Source of the DNA: Alphaproteobacteria bacterium
GTDB lineage: Bacteria > Pseudomonadota > Alphaproteobacteria > SP197
Direction: 5' to 3'
DNA: 64,000 nucleotides
NCBI GenBank assembly: GCA_965228895.1
Contig: OZ245842.1
Span: 3,456,001 to 3,520,000 of the forward strand
Both the position numbers and the translations under genes were made by a program. Under the pieces are notes generated by a model. It had not been told where the DNA came from, made no database searches, and worked only from the letters and a program-made list of their open reading frames with translations. This document shows positions 10,744-21,565 of this stretch, piece by piece (the first letter of the stretch is position 1; each line of letters begins with the position of its first letter).

Positions 10744-11086
10744 CGCATGTCCCCCGATCTGCGTGCATGAAGGTCGCAACTTAGGTCCCGCAAACACTGG
10801 TTCCAACTAAGGAACAGGGTCAATTTGTCAGCCATTTTCGCAATATCGGGGGTCGAAAAACGCTTTAACCACCGCAGGTTATGCCATCACAGCAACGACC
10901 TCACCCTCAAGATGCATGGCCACATCGCCCGGCAACGAAAGGCGGCTGGCCAAGGCGCCGCAGACCGGGTTGCGCCATGCCGATCGTATCCGCTGCCGGA
11001 CGTCAACGCAGCGCGCTTCTGCCTAGCGGAATCGGTGGTGGATGTGGTTTGGTGTGTGCCCCTTCCCTGTTGTTGACAACGACACC

Positions 11087-11923
11087 ATGACAAGCTTCGA
11101 CGACCTCGCGACGATCAGCTATCTCGATCATGACAACGCCCGTTTTCGTGTCGCCCAGGCGGGCAGTGGCCCCGACATCGTCTGGGTGCCCGGCGGCGAT
11201 TCGCCGGCCCACTATTGGGCCGAGCAGTTCGCTTGGTTCCACAAGGACTTCCGCTGCACGTCCTTTGATCCGCGCGGTGTCGGTGAGACCGACGGCGGCG
11301 AGCCGCCATGGTCGATGGAGCAGTTCGCCGCCGACTGCGCCGCCATCATCGAGTCCTATTGCGAACCGCCGGTGATCCTGTCGGGCCTTTCCATGGGCGC
11401 GCTGATCACCCAGCAGGTCGCCGTCGATTTCCCGCATCTCGTCCGTCTCGCCATTCCCATGGGCACGGCCGCGCGCATCACCGGCTATACCCGCGACTGG
11501 ATGCAGGCCGAGATCGACGCACGCCGCAACGGACTTTCGATGACGCCGGAGTTTGCCGCCTGCCACTACGCCGCCTTTGCCTATCCAGCCCAGGCGCTCA
11601 GCGACGACGCTCTGTGGGAGAAGGTGAAAGCCGCCTATACGCCGCGCTTCGCCGACCGCGATCCCGAGATGCTGATTGCCCAATGGCAACCGTGCCTGGA
11701 TTTCGACTGCACCGAGAGTCTGAAGACCTGTCCGGTGCCGATCCACGCCATCGCCTTCGCCCAGGACGTGCAGACGCCACCCGCCATGGTCAAGCGTGTC
11801 GCCGAGCTTGCCCGGTACGGCCACTATCATCAGCTCGAAGGGCTGGGTCACGTGTCGCTCTACCGCCAAGCCGGCGACGAGGTGAACGCCTACCTGGAAA
11901 AGCTGATCCGCGAAAACGCCTGA
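11087..11923 (+). CDS. Alpha/beta hydrolase
   Basis: FDPRGVG, GLSMG nucleophile elbow, C-terminal GLGH. Confidence 0.88.
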   Translation: MTSFDDLATISYLDHDNARFRVAQAGSGPDIVWVPGGDSPAHYWAEQFAWFHKDFRCTSFDPRGVGETDGGEPPWSMEQFAADCAAIIESYCEPPVILSGLSMGALITQQVAVDFPHLVRLAIPMGTAARITGYTRDWMQAEIDARRNGLSMTPEFAACHYAAFAYPAQALSDDALWEKVKAAYTPRFADRDPEMLIAQWQPCLDFDCTESLKTCPVPIHAIAFAQDVQTPPAMVKRVAELARYGHYHQLEGLGHVSLYRQAGDEVNAYLEKLIRENA

Positions 11924-11934
11924 AGGTGATCACC

Positions 11935-12804
11935 ATGATGATGCCCTGCATCCCGCCCGATCCCAACCCACGACCGCCGCGTTTTGCCATGCCGGCGGGC
12001 GCCACCGACAGCCATTCCCACGTCATCGATCCACCGTCGCGCCATCCTTACGTCGCCGAGCGGTTCTTCGATCCGCCGCCGGCCCCGCTCGAGGCATACA
12101 AGGCATTGCACAAGGTGCTCGGCATCGAACGGGCGGTACTCGTGACGCTCTCGGTCTACGGCACCAACAACACGGTCGCGCTCGAGGCGGTCGCCGGTTA
12201 CGGCAACGACCGCGCGCGCGGCATTGCCGTGGTCGACGAAACGGTGAGCGACGACGAACTCGCCAGGCTCGATGCCGGCGGGTTCCGCGGCGCGCGGTTC
12301 AACATCGTGATGGGCGGCGGCGTCGGTCTCCACGCCGTCGAAATGCTGGCGCCGCGGCTGCGCGAGCTCGGCTGGCATATCCAACTGTTCCTTGATGTCC
12401 ACAAGGATCTGGAAGATATCGAGCCGGTGATCCGCACCTGTGGTATGCCCGTCGTTGTCGATCACATGGGTTTCATGCAGACCACAGAGGGGCTCGACAA
12501 CCCGGGATTCCAACGGTTCTTGGACCTCGTCCGCGACGGCATCTGCTGGGCCAAGCTCTCCGGCAATTACCGGATCTCCAACGAGCCGCCGCACTACCGC
12601 GACGCTATTCCGTTTGCCCGCGCGTTGATCGAGGCGGCACCGGAGCACATGGTCTGGGGCACAGACTGGCCTCACGTGACGCTCGCCGACAACATGCCCA
12701 ACGATGGCGACCTGCTCGATGCGTTAGACGATTACGCACCGGAGCCGGAGCTCAAACAGGCGATCCTGGTCGACAACCCCGCGCGGCTTTATGGCTTTGC
12801 CTGA
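11935..12804 (+). CDS. Amidohydrolase_2 family lactonase (LigI/2-pyrone-4,6-dicarboxylate hydrolase-like)
   Basis: DSHSHV, SVYGTNN, RGARFN, VVDHMG, WGTDWPH, ILVDNPARLYGF. Confidence 0.85.
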   Translation: MMMPCIPPDPNPRPPRFAMPAGATDSHSHVIDPPSRHPYVAERFFDPPPAPLEAYKALHKVLGIERAVLVTLSVYGTNNTVALEAVAGYGNDRARGIAVVDETVSDDELARLDAGGFRGARFNIVMGGGVGLHAVEMLAPRLRELGWHIQLFLDVHKDLEDIEPVIRTCGMPVVVDHMGFMQTTEGLDNPGFQRFLDLVRDGICWAKLSGNYRISNEPPHYRDAIPFARALIEAAPEHMVWGTDWPHVTLADNMPNDGDLLDALDDYAPEPELKQAILVDNPARLYGFA

Positions 12805-12816
12805 CCTGCCGTTCGT

Positions 12817-13632
12817 CTATCTGAAGAATCCATCGACGTCGGCAAAGTCCGGGGTGTCATCCAGAAACTCGAACGTGCCGCGCTCCGTCATCTCGCGCGC
12901 AGCGTCGATCAACGAGCCATAAGCAAGCAGCGCCAGGCTGGACCCCAAACTGATTCGTTTGACGCCCGCCTCGAAAATCCGATCGAGCGACGCACCCGCG
13001 CCCATGGCTTCAACGGTGACATTCACCGGCCTCGTAAGCGCGCCACACAGCGTGCGGATTTGAACGATGTCATTGACACCGGGCGCGTAGAGCACATCGG
13101 CACCGCACGTTTCGAAATCCATTAAACGCCGGATGACCTTGTCGAGGTCGGTTGCGCCCCACAGAAAACTCTCGCAGCGCGCGGTTAGAACAAAGTCGCC
13201 ATCAAGCGATCGACAGGCCTCACATGCCGCTGCGATCCGTTCGACGGCGAGCCCGTGGTCGAAGATCGGCGTCATCGGATCACCGGTATGGTCTTCGATC
13301 GAGCAGCCGGCAAGACCGATCCCGGCCGCCGTGACGACCGTCTCGTAGACGGCTTGGGGGCTGTCGCCGAATCCCTTCTCCAGGTCCGCCGAGACCGGCA
13401 GCGGCGAGGCGCTGACAATGGTGCGGCAATGGTCCAGCACCGCATCGCGCGGCACCGCGCCATCGGGTAGGCCGAGGGCATGAGCCATACCCGTGCTGGT
13501 CGTCGCCAACGCCTTGAAACCCATAGCGGCCAACAGCCGCGCGGAGCCGATATCCCACGGATTGGGCATAACGAAGTGGCCCGGCGTCTCGTGAAGCGCA
13601 CGGAATCGCGCGCCTATTTTGCTCACAACCAT
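12817..13632 (-). CDS. Isocitrate lyase/PEP mutase family protein
   Basis: PNPWDIGSAR, PVSADLEKGFG, GCSIED, GADVLYAPG, GVKRISLG. Confidence 0.9.
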   Translation of the reverse strand: MVVSKIGARFRALHETPGHFVMPNPWDIGSARLLAAMGFKALATTSTGMAHALGLPDGAVPRDAVLDHCRTIVSASPLPVSADLEKGFGDSPQAVYETVVTAAGIGLAGCSIEDHTGDPMTPIFDHGLAVERIAAACEACRSLDGDFVLTARCESFLWGATDLDKVIRRLMDFETCGADVLYAPGVNDIVQIRTLCGALTRPVNVTVEAMGAGASLDRIFEAGVKRISLGSSLALLAYGSLIDAAREMTERGTFEFLDDTPDFADVDGFFR

Positions 13633-13735
13633 CACCCGTGGCTCGCCATTCGAACATACCGTCTACCAGAGGAGTCCTGACACCATAGTGTCAGGAGAAA
13701 ATTCGCGAGCGACACCGCGCTACCACCACATTCTC

Positions 13736-13905
13736 TTTGACTTTGCCGGTGCGCCATCCCATGTAGATCTTAAGGGACGCCTCTGGAGTGCTAGACCTAT
13801 GTCGCCTCGCAGAGACGACCCATTACCGTTCTCCAAAGATTTCGGTAAGCCTAGACCCGCAGAGCGCTGTGCTCGGCGGGCGTTTTCTATTGATTGGAAC
13901 GATCT
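13736..13905 (+). promoter_or_regulatory. Putative cspA promoter and long 5' UTR
   Basis: TTGACT at 13737-13742 followed by about 140 nt of non-coding leader; long leaders are typical of cspA-family genes. Confidence 0.4.
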
Positions 13906-14115
13906 ATGACTACAGGAACCGTCAAGTGGTTCAACTCCGTTAAGGGCTATGGTTTCATTGAGCCGGAAGATGGCTCGAAGGACGCCTTCGTCCACATTTC
14001 CGCTGTGGAGCGCGCCGGCCTCGACGGCCTGGCCGAAGGCCAGAAGGTCAGCTACGAGCTGCAGAACAACCAGAACGGCAAGACCTCGGCAGAGAACCTG
14101 TCGCTTGTCGACTGA
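13906..14115 (+). CDS. cspA: Cold-shock protein
   Basis: [25 protein letters not shown] (RNP1/RNP2 motifs), 69 aa. Confidence 0.95.
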   Translation: MTTGTVKWFNSVKGYGFIEPEDGSKDAFVHISAVERAGLDGLAEGQKVSYELQNNQNGKTSAENLSLVD

Positions 14116-14135
14116 CGTCTCGGCACGCCGAGAAT

Positions 14136-14175
14136 GGATCGGAGAGGCCGGCCAAGAGCGGGCCTCTCTTGATCC
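14136..14175 (+). terminator. GC-rich hairpin after cspA (terminator or mRNA stabiliser)
   Basis: GGATC-GAGAGGCC ... GGCCTCTC-GATCC inverted repeat; no long U tract. Confidence 0.5.
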
Positions 14176-14180
14176 CACCC

Positions 14181-15347
14181 ATGCAAAGCCATGACCACGG
14201 GTGCGGCGCATCCCCCAGGAACGACGCTGCGCCTGCTCCTCGTGCGGTGCGGCCCGGTGCGACATTGACACCGGCAACGGCGACCGCTAGAGACGATCCG
14301 GCGTGGCGCGACCTGAAACGTCAGGTCTCTCAGTTCCAAAGACCCGTTCTTTTCTCAAGCTTGGCGCAAGGCATTGTCACGATCGGCGGTTACCTCGCCG
14401 TCTGCGCGGCCATGTATGCGACCGCCGGCATCTCGCTGTGGATATCGCTGGCGTTGGTGCCGCTTGCCGCCGGCTTGCTCGTGCGGACCTTTATCATCCA
14501 GCACGACTGCGGCCACGGCGCTTTCTTCCGGTCACGCTGGATGAACCACGCGCTGGGTATCTTCTGCAGTCTGATGACGTTGACACCTTATGCGTCCTGG
14601 CGCCGCCAGCATGCGGGCCATCACGGCATCTGGAACAATCTCGATCGGCGGGATACGGGCGCTGATATCTATTCGTCCTGCCTGACCGTCGATGAGTTTC
14701 AGGAACTCAGCCCGTGGCGACAGCGCTGGTATCGCATCAGCCGCCACCCCATCGTCGCCAACATCATCGTCCCACCATTCGTTTTCCTGGTCCTCTACCG
14801 CTTTCCGTTCGACCTTCCCTTGAAGTGGCGGCGCGAACGTGTCGGCGTCTACCTGACCAATCTTGCGTTGGTTGCCCTAATTGTCGGCATCGGATGGGCG
14901 GTCGGATTCGACCGGCTTGCCGAGATCCAGCTGCCGATCATCGTGCTTGCCTCGATCATCGGCGTCTGGCTGTTTTCCGTGCAGCACCGATCCGAACGCA
15001 CGCTTTGGGCGCGCCAGACGGACTGGACCTTCAAGGCGGCATCACTTCGCGGCTCGAACTACCTGCGCCTGACGCCCATCCTGCAATGGTTCACCGGCAA
15101 TATCGGCCTGCACCATGTTCACCATCTAAGCCCCAGGATTCCCAATTATCGTTTGCAGCAATGCCATGAAGCCGTCGTCGATTTTCGCGACGTCCCGGTC
15201 ATGACCCTGGGCGCGGCCCTCAAGTCGATGTTCTACGTCCTGTGGGATGAGAAGCTTCAGCGCATGGTGACATTCCGCATGGTCCGGCACCGCACGCCCG
15301 ATGACACGTCACCATCCGACACCACCAACGACAATCCGAAAGACTGA
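14181..15347 (+). CDS. Membrane fatty acid desaturase (Bacillus Des-like; start uncertain)
   Basis: Three His boxes (HDCGH, HAGHH, HHVHH) and IPNYRL. Confidence 0.92.
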   Translation: MQSHDHGCGASPRNDAAPAPRAVRPGATLTPATATARDDPAWRDLKRQVSQFQRPVLFSSLAQGIVTIGGYLAVCAAMYATAGISLWISLALVPLAAGLLVRTFIIQHDCGHGAFFRSRWMNHALGIFCSLMTLTPYASWRRQHAGHHGIWNNLDRRDTGADIYSSCLTVDEFQELSPWRQRWYRISRHPIVANIIVPPFVFLVLYRFPFDLPLKWRRERVGVYLTNLALVALIVGIGWAVGFDRLAEIQLPIIVLASIIGVWLFSVQHRSERTLWARQTDWTFKAASLRGSNYLRLTPILQWFTGNIGLHHVHHLSPRIPNYRLQQCHEAVVDFRDVPVMTLGAALKSMFYVLWDEKLQRMVTFRMVRHRTPDDTSPSDTTNDNPKD

Positions 15348-15406
15348 CGCCACCGTGCGGTCACTCCCGGTTGCCGCTGTGTAAGGGCCCCTCTAGGCTC
15401 GGCGGT

Positions 15407-16768
15407 ATGTCATCAAGAAACTCGAACGCGCCTTTGGCAGACGCCGCGCGGCGTGCCACGCGTTACCTTGACACCCTCGACGGACGCCCTGTCTTTCCGG
15501 ACGCCGACAATATCGCCCGCCTGGAATCAGCGCTTGACCAAGCCATGCCTGACAGGTCGACCGAACCGGCCGATGTCCTGGCCTTCATCGACGAGGTCGG
15601 CTCACCCGCCACCGTCGCCAGCGCGGGCGGCCGCTACTTCGGCTTTGTCACCGGCGGCGCGCTCCCCGCCAGTCTTGCCGCCAACTGGCTGGCCGGCGCG
15701 TGGGACCAGAACAGTTTCGGGCCCGTCAGTTCGCCCGCGATCGCTCTGTTCGAGGAAGCGGCACTGCGCTGGCTCAAAGACTGCCTGGGTCTGCCCGGCG
15801 ACGCGGAAGGCGCGCTGGTCACCGGCGCCACCATGGCGAACTTCACCTGTCTGGCGGCGGCGCGGCACGCTGTGTTGCAACAGGCCGGTTGGGATGTCGA
15901 AGCGAGCGGCCTGTTCGGTGCGCCGGAGATCACCGTCGTCGTCGGCGACGAGGTTCATGCGTCGCTCTTGAAGGTGCTGGCCATGCTCGGCCTGGGCCGC
16001 GAGCGCGTCGTCCGCGTCCCCGCCGACGATCAGGGTCGGATGCAGGCCACGGCGCTGCCGGCCATCGACGGACCGACCATCGTCTGTCTGCAGGCCGGCA
16101 ATGTGAACTCCGGCGCTTTCGATCCGGCCGATGACGTGATTCCCTTGGCGAAGGCAGGGGGCGCCTGGGTCCATGTCGACGGCGCCTTCGGCCTGTGGGC
16201 CAAGGCATCACCGAAACTCGCGTCGCTCGCGGCCGGCATCGAAGGCGCGGACTCCTGGGCGACCGACTGCCACAAGTGGCTCAACGTGCCCTACGATAAC
16301 GGAGCCGCCATCGTACGCTCGCCCGAAGCGTTGCGCGCGGCGATGTCGATCAGCGGCGCCTATCTCATGCAGGGCGAACGCCGCAGCGCCTTGGATGTCA
16401 CGCCGGACAGCTCGCGCCGCGCCCGCGCGATCGATGTGTGGGCTGCACTCAAGTCGCTTGGCCGGTCAGGCCTGGCGGAACTGATTGAACGCAACTGCGC
16501 GCAGGCATCGTGGCTTGCGGACGAACTGCGCGATGCCGGTATCGAAGTCCTGAACGATGTCGTGCTGAACCAGGTCGTCGCCGCGTTCGGCAGCGACGAC
16601 CTGACCGAGCGCACCATCGAGATTCTGCAAAGGGCCGGCACGATCTGGTGCGGCGGCACGGTTTGGCAAGGCCGCCGCGCCATGCGGATCAGCATCAGTT
16701 CCTGGGCGACCACCCAGGCGGACATGGCGGCGGCGCGCGACGCAATCCTGGCCGCGCGCCCGTCTTGA
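15407..16768 (+). CDS. Group II PLP-dependent decarboxylase
   Basis: YFGFVTGG, WVHVDGAFG, DSWATDCHKWLNVPYD (PLP lysine). Confidence 0.9.
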   Translation: MSSRNSNAPLADAARRATRYLDTLDGRPVFPDADNIARLESALDQAMPDRSTEPADVLAFIDEVGSPATVASAGGRYFGFVTGGALPASLAANWLAGAWDQNSFGPVSSPAIALFEEAALRWLKDCLGLPGDAEGALVTGATMANFTCLAAARHAVLQQAGWDVEASGLFGAPEITVVVGDEVHASLLKVLAMLGLGRERVVRVPADDQGRMQATALPAIDGPTIVCLQAGNVNSGAFDPADDVIPLAKAGGAWVHVDGAFGLWAKASPKLASLAAGIEGADSWATDCHKWLNVPYDNGAAIVRSPEALRAAMSISGAYLMQGERRSALDVTPDSSRRARAIDVWAALKSLGRSGLAELIERNCAQASWLADELRDAGIEVLNDVVLNQVVAAFGSDDLTERTIEILQRAGTIWCGGTVWQGRRAMRISISSWATTQADMAAARDAILAARPS

Positions 16769-16772
16769 TCAC

Positions 16773-17681
16773 TCAGTACGATTCTTCGACGTAAAGATTG
16801 TCGGGCAGCACCTTGCGCTCGTAATCGGGATTCGACACGCGATCGGGCAAGGTGACCGGGTCATGCGGCACCTCGGTATACGGTATCTGGCGCAGCAGAT
16901 GGTTGATGCAGTTCAGCCGCGCCCTCTTCTTGTCGTCGCCCTCGACGATGAACCATGGCGCTTCCGGGATGTTCGTCTTCTCGAACATCTCCTCTTTGCC
17001 CTTGGTGTACTGCTCCCAGCGCACACGCGATTGCAGATCCATCGGGCTCAGCTTCCACTGTTTCAGCGGATCGTGGATACGCATCAGGAACCGTAACTGC
17101 TGTTCCTGATCGGTAATCGAAAACCAGTATTTGATGAGCTTGACGCCAGAGCGCGCGAGCATGCGCTCGAACTCCGGCACGTCGTGGAAGAACTCGTCGA
17201 CCTCGTCGTCTGTCGCAAAGCCCATGACCCGCTCGACACCGGCACGGTTGTACCAGGAGCGGTCGAACAGCACGAGCTCGCCGGCGGCCGGCAAATGCGG
17301 GACATAGCGTTGGAAGTACCACTGGCTCTTCTCGCGCTCGTTCGGCGCGGGCAGCGCAACGACGCGACAGACACGCGGATTGAGCCGCTGGGTGATACGC
17401 TTGATGACACCGCCCTTGCCGGCGGCATCGCGGCCTTCGAAGATCACCATCAGCTTGTAGCCGGTCGCAACGACCCAATCCTGCATTTTCACCAGTTCGG
17501 CCTGCAGGCGAAGCAACTCGTGGAAGTAGGTCCGGCGATCCAGTGTCGACTTATGCTTGAGGTCGGTGATCTGCTGGAGTTCGCGGGCAACACGCAGATC
17601 GTCGATCTCCATTTCAAGTTCTTCGTCGAAGCTGTCCTGCAACTCCGCCTCGACCCATGACTGATCTTTGGTTTTGTTCAT
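16773..17681 (-). CDS. ppk2: Polyphosphate kinase 2
   Basis: FEGRDAAGKGG (Walker A), FDRSWYNR, KQWKLSPMD. Confidence 0.95.
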   Translation of the reverse strand: MNKTKDQSWVEAELQDSFDEELEMEIDDLRVARELQQITDLKHKSTLDRRTYFHELLRLQAELVKMQDWVVATGYKLMVIFEGRDAAGKGGVIKRITQRLNPRVCRVVALPAPNEREKSQWYFQRYVPHLPAAGELVLFDRSWYNRAGVERVMGFATDDEVDEFFHDVPEFERMLARSGVKLIKYWFSITDQEQQLRFLMRIHDPLKQWKLSPMDLQSRVRWEQYTKGKEEMFEKTNIPEAPWFIVEGDDKKRARLNCINHLLRQIPYTEVPHDPVTLPDRVSNPDYERKVLPDNLYVEESY

Positions 17682-18137
17682 ACCCTCACTCGTCTTGTTA
17701 CGTCGTTCAATCCGCGACAACCCACAAAGCTCTTCGTCACGCCCTGGCCCAAACCTATGACAGACTTACGACCATCAAGTGACCGTCGGCAGCTACATTA
17801 GCCGTCTGGGCCGTCTTGTGTCAGGCCACACGAAACCCGCGATCGTAGGTGTTCAAGAAACATCGCGAGCAATTCGCACTAAGAAGCCAGAAAAACGAGC
17901 TTCGTTCACGTGCTGTGCTCCATCACCGCGGCGTCGAGCTGCCCATTCGCGCTATTGTCGGCCACTCGGCGCCTCACATTATGAGCAGCTTCCGACATCA
18001 TGCCAACATGGTCGTGGCACACATGGCCGAAGCGATGACAACGCTAGCCGTACGAGCGGCCGCTGTGCAAAATCACCGGGCTGGGCGGTGCGATCGTCGT
18101 TCCACATACCCGCCCGAACCAAGATGGAGAGATCGTG

Positions 18138-18740
18138 ATGGAGACGATGATGGTACCGGCCGGGCATGGCCGCGCGTTTAAGCTATCCGAGGGCCAACGA
18201 GTACGCCTGACGACGCCGAAAGGTCAGCAGTCCGCTGACTTCTTCGCCTTCCGTGACGGCGACATGACCGACTGGCTGTCGCCGCTTCACACCTGGATGC
18301 CGACACGCGCGCTGCATCCCCGCGTCGGCGACACCTTCTTGAGCCGGCTGAGGGAACCCATGCTCGACTTTATCGAGGACGGCGCCGAGGGCGTCCATGA
18401 TCTACTGATCGCGCCGTGCGATCCCATTCGTTATGCGCAGTTCGGCGACAAGGACCACCGGAGCTGCATCGGTAACCTCATGGAGGCGATGCAAGAGCTT
18501 GGGCACGACGTCCCGATCCCGCCCCCGGCGGTCAACTTCTTCACCACGACGACGGTCACCGAGGGTTTCATGTTCGAGACGCCGGCGGCACCGGTCGCCA
18601 AACCGGGCGCCTATGTCGTACTGGAGGCACGCATGAACCTGATATGCGCCGTTTCCTCTTGCCCATACGACCTCACCGGGCCCGGCTGGAACATCAATTC
18701 GCCCGACGGCCCGACGGAGATCCTGATCGAACTGCATTGA
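18138..18740 (+). CDS. DUF1989 / urea-carboxylase-associated family protein
   Basis: GQQSADFFAF, HDLLIAPCD, HRSCIGNL, VNFF, SSCP. Confidence 0.82.
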   Translation: METMMVPAGHGRAFKLSEGQRVRLTTPKGQQSADFFAFRDGDMTDWLSPLHTWMPTRALHPRVGDTFLSRLREPMLDFIEDGAEGVHDLLIAPCDPIRYAQFGDKDHRSCIGNLMEAMQELGHDVPIPPPAVNFFTTTTVTEGFMFETPAAPVAKPGAYVVLEARMNLICAVSSCPYDLTGPGWNINSPDGPTEILIELH

Positions 18741-18804
18741 GGATCGGTGGCCGCGATCGCACCCATCGTTCGACGCCGGGTACGGCCGCTCCTACACTCT
18801 CGCC

Positions 18805-19833
18805 ATGCGGTCCGATCTTGGTTGCCTGGACACCCTGCCCCGCGTGCGCCTGGGTCACGCGCCGACGCCGGTCGACGTCATGGCAAACCTGGCATCAGCG
18901 TTCGAGGACCTGACGCTCTACGTCAAGCGCGATGACTGCACCGGCCTCGCCTTCGGCGGCAACAAGGTCCGCCAGCTTGAGTTCTATATGGGCGAGGCTC
19001 AGGCGCAGCGCGCCGACACGATTTTGATCACCGGCGCGCGCCAATCGAACTTCGTCCGGCTTGCCGCAGCGGCGGCACGCGCGCTCGGCATGGACTGCCA
19101 CATCCAGTTGGAAGAACGGGTGGTGCGCGACGATCCGCTCTATCGCGAGTCCGGTAACGTCCTGATCGACCGCCTGCTCGGCGCGACACTCCATGCCTAT
19201 CCCGAAGGCGAAGACGAAGCCGGCGCCGACAGAAGCCTCGAGACGCTAGCGGCCGACCTCGCGGATAAAGGACGCAGCCCCTATGTCATCCACCTGGCGC
19301 CCGGGCACAAACCGCTTGGCGCGCTGGGTTACGTTGTCGCCGCGCGCGAGCTCGTCAACCAACTCGGTGATGGCGGCCAGACTCTCGACACCGTCGTCGT
19401 CGCGTCTGGTAGCGGCAACACCCACGCGGGCCTTTTGTTCGGCCTAAGCGCGTTGGGTTCGCCCGTCGCCGTCCACGGCATCTGCGTACGCCGTGCAGCC
19501 GGTGAACAACACACGCGGATCGCCACGCGGTGTGCTGAGATCGCGGACCTCTTGGGCATGCGTTCGCCGGTGGCCGAAGCCGATATCCAACTCGACGACC
19601 GTTTCCTGGCGCCGGGTTACGGTAAACTCAATGACGCCACGACGGCGGCCATCGAACAAGCCGCGCGTGCGGAGGCGTTAATGCTGGACCCCGTCTACAC
19701 CGGCAAGGCCATGGCGGGTTTCCTGCACCTGGCGTCACAAACGGCGGCTGGCCATTCCCTGCTGTTCTGGCATACCGGCGGCGCGCCGGCCCTGTTTGCC
19801 TATGGCAACGATCTGGTCGAAGATCAGGAATGA
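18805..19833 (+). CDS. D-cysteine desulfhydrase/ACC deaminase family PLP enzyme
   Basis: YVKRDDCTGLAFGGNKVR, QSNF, SGSGNTHAG, LDPVYTGKA, FWHTGG. Confidence 0.9.
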   Translation: MRSDLGCLDTLPRVRLGHAPTPVDVMANLASAFEDLTLYVKRDDCTGLAFGGNKVRQLEFYMGEAQAQRADTILITGARQSNFVRLAAAAARALGMDCHIQLEERVVRDDPLYRESGNVLIDRLLGATLHAYPEGEDEAGADRSLETLAADLADKGRSPYVIHLAPGHKPLGALGYVVAARELVNQLGDGGQTLDTVVVASGSGNTHAGLLFGLSALGSPVAVHGICVRRAAGEQHTRIATRCAEIADLLGMRSPVAEADIQLDDRFLAPGYGKLNDATTAAIEQAARAEALMLDPVYTGKAMAGFLHLASQTAAGHSLLFWHTGGAPALFAYGNDLVEDQE

Positions 19834-19843
19834 CGCTGCCTCG

Positions 19844-21430
19844 TCATCTGCGCGCATTCTCCGAGGCACCGGCGATATGCCCCGCCGATACGCGGTCGGC
19901 CGCCATTTGCTTCAGCGTCTCGCGATCGACTTTGCCGGTCGGCGTCAGCGGCATCTCGTCGATGACGACAACAACCTCCGGCGCCTTGTAGCCGACCTCT
20001 TTTCGCGCGGCCTCGATGATCTCCTGCGCCGGCGGCCTATCGGCACCATCACGCAAGGTGACGTAGACCCAGACATTCTCGCCATGGGCGGCGTCACGCA
20101 CGCCGACGACACCGGCCAGATCGACGGCCGGATGGGTCAACACCGCCATCTCGACCTCCAAGGGCGAGATGTTGGAGCTGTCGTGGACGATGATCTGTTT
20201 CTTGCGGCCGCGGAACCAGAAATAGCCGTCCTCGTCGACCGTCATGATGTCGCCGGTGTCGAACCACCCGTCCTTTTCAGCTTCCGCTGTGGCGTCGGGG
20301 TTATCCCAGTAGCCGGTCATGATCGCCGGGCCCTTCAGCCACAATCGGCCGTCGGTCCCGGTCGGCACCTCCCGTCCGTCGTCGTCACGGATCGACGCCC
20401 TATAGCCGGGGTTGAGCACGCCGACCGAGCCTTCCTTAATGGTGCCAGACGGCGGGTTCAGAAAACCCGTTCCGATTTCGGTCATGCCGAATATCTCGTC
20501 GATCGGCAGGCCGGCCACCCGAACGACCTCGTCCTCCAAATCCGATGGAATGGTATCGCCACCCGACAGCAGCAGACGCAAGGAGGCAAAATCCTCCGGC
20601 TTCGCGCCGTGATCGCGGATCAGCGCGGCCAACGCGGCCGGCAGCACGAACAACGTCGTCGGCCTGAACTCGCGCAGGACCGGCAGGAACTCATCGGGGT
20701 CAAAGCTGCGCGCGATGGCCAACTGGCCACCGACAGACAGGATACCCAGCGCGACCTTCAGCGAGCCCATGTGGGAGATCGAGGAGCCGGCCATCAAGAC
20801 ATCGTCCGCGCTCAACTCCATCGCGCGCGCCATGCTGGCGACGACACAACCATAGGTCCTGAAGCTGTGCGTCACACCTTTCGGTTTGCCGGTGCTGCCG
20901 GAGGTGAACAGGATGAACGCCGGCGCGTCGGGATCGGGATGCGGCAGGTCCCGCTTCGGCGGCACCTCGGCAAGCAGCTTTTCGACAGCCAGACTGCCAT
21001 CGATGGTACCGGCCGCTACGACAACACCGCAACGCAGCTTCGCCGCTTCGCTGCTCGCGGCAATATCAGCGTCGCGCTCGACATGGGCGACCAGCATCGA
21101 TGCGCCACCGACGGACATCGCATGGTCCATTTCCGACGGCGTGTAGCGATAGTTGAGCGGCATCGCCACCAGCCCCGCCTTGAAGCAGGCGATGTAGTGG
21201 ATGATCAGCACGGTCCTGTTCGGCAGCAGCGAGGCCACACGATCGCCCGGCTCCAGACCGCGCGCCAGATAGATAAGCGCCAGGCGCGTGCTCGCCTCGT
21301 TCAGCTCACGCCACGTCCAGCGCAGCCGCAACGAGACAAGCGCCAGCGCGTCCGGCTTGGCCGCCAGACCGCGCTCCAACAAACGTGGCAAGTCGACAGG
21401 CCCGTCAAGCTCCGGCCCCTCTAACACCAT
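19844..21430 (-). CDS. AMP-dependent acyl-CoA synthetase/ligase
   Basis: FTSGSTGKPKG, FGMTE, WFDTGD, GRKK, PLTPTGKVDR. Confidence 0.92.
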   Translation of the reverse strand: MVLEGPELDGPVDLPRLLERGLAAKPDALALVSLRLRWTWRELNEASTRLALIYLARGLEPGDRVASLLPNRTVLIIHYIACFKAGLVAMPLNYRYTPSEMDHAMSVGGASMLVAHVERDADIAASSEAAKLRCGVVVAAGTIDGSLAVEKLLAEVPPKRDLPHPDPDAPAFILFTSGSTGKPKGVTHSFRTYGCVVASMARAMELSADDVLMAGSSISHMGSLKVALGILSVGGQLAIARSFDPDEFLPVLREFRPTTLFVLPAALAALIRDHGAKPEDFASLRLLLSGGDTIPSDLEDEVVRVAGLPIDEIFGMTEIGTGFLNPPSGTIKEGSVGVLNPGYRASIRDDDGREVPTGTDGRLWLKGPAIMTGYWDNPDATAEAEKDGWFDTGDIMTVDEDGYFWFRGRKKQIIVHDSSNISPLEVEMAVLTHPAVDLAGVVGVRDAAHGENVWVYVTLRDGADRPPAQEIIEAARKEVGYKAPEVVVVIDEMPLTPTGKVDRETLKQMAADRVSAGHIAGASENARR

Positions 21431-21565
21431 CGCCCCCACAGCAGATTCAACCCCCGGTGTAACGGCCGGACGGTATCACGTTCAGGGTGTTACAGCGACT
21501 TCGGTCGGGCGGTCATTCGGTCTAAGCTGCCGCCCTCATCAGCACACCAAGCAGGGGGCAATGAC

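Noticed and set aside
17720-18135. Guanidine riboswitch upstream of the DUF1989 gene
   Set aside because: Expected from the family context, but I could not find guanidine-I, -II or -III consensus elements; the small ORFs here are also unsupported
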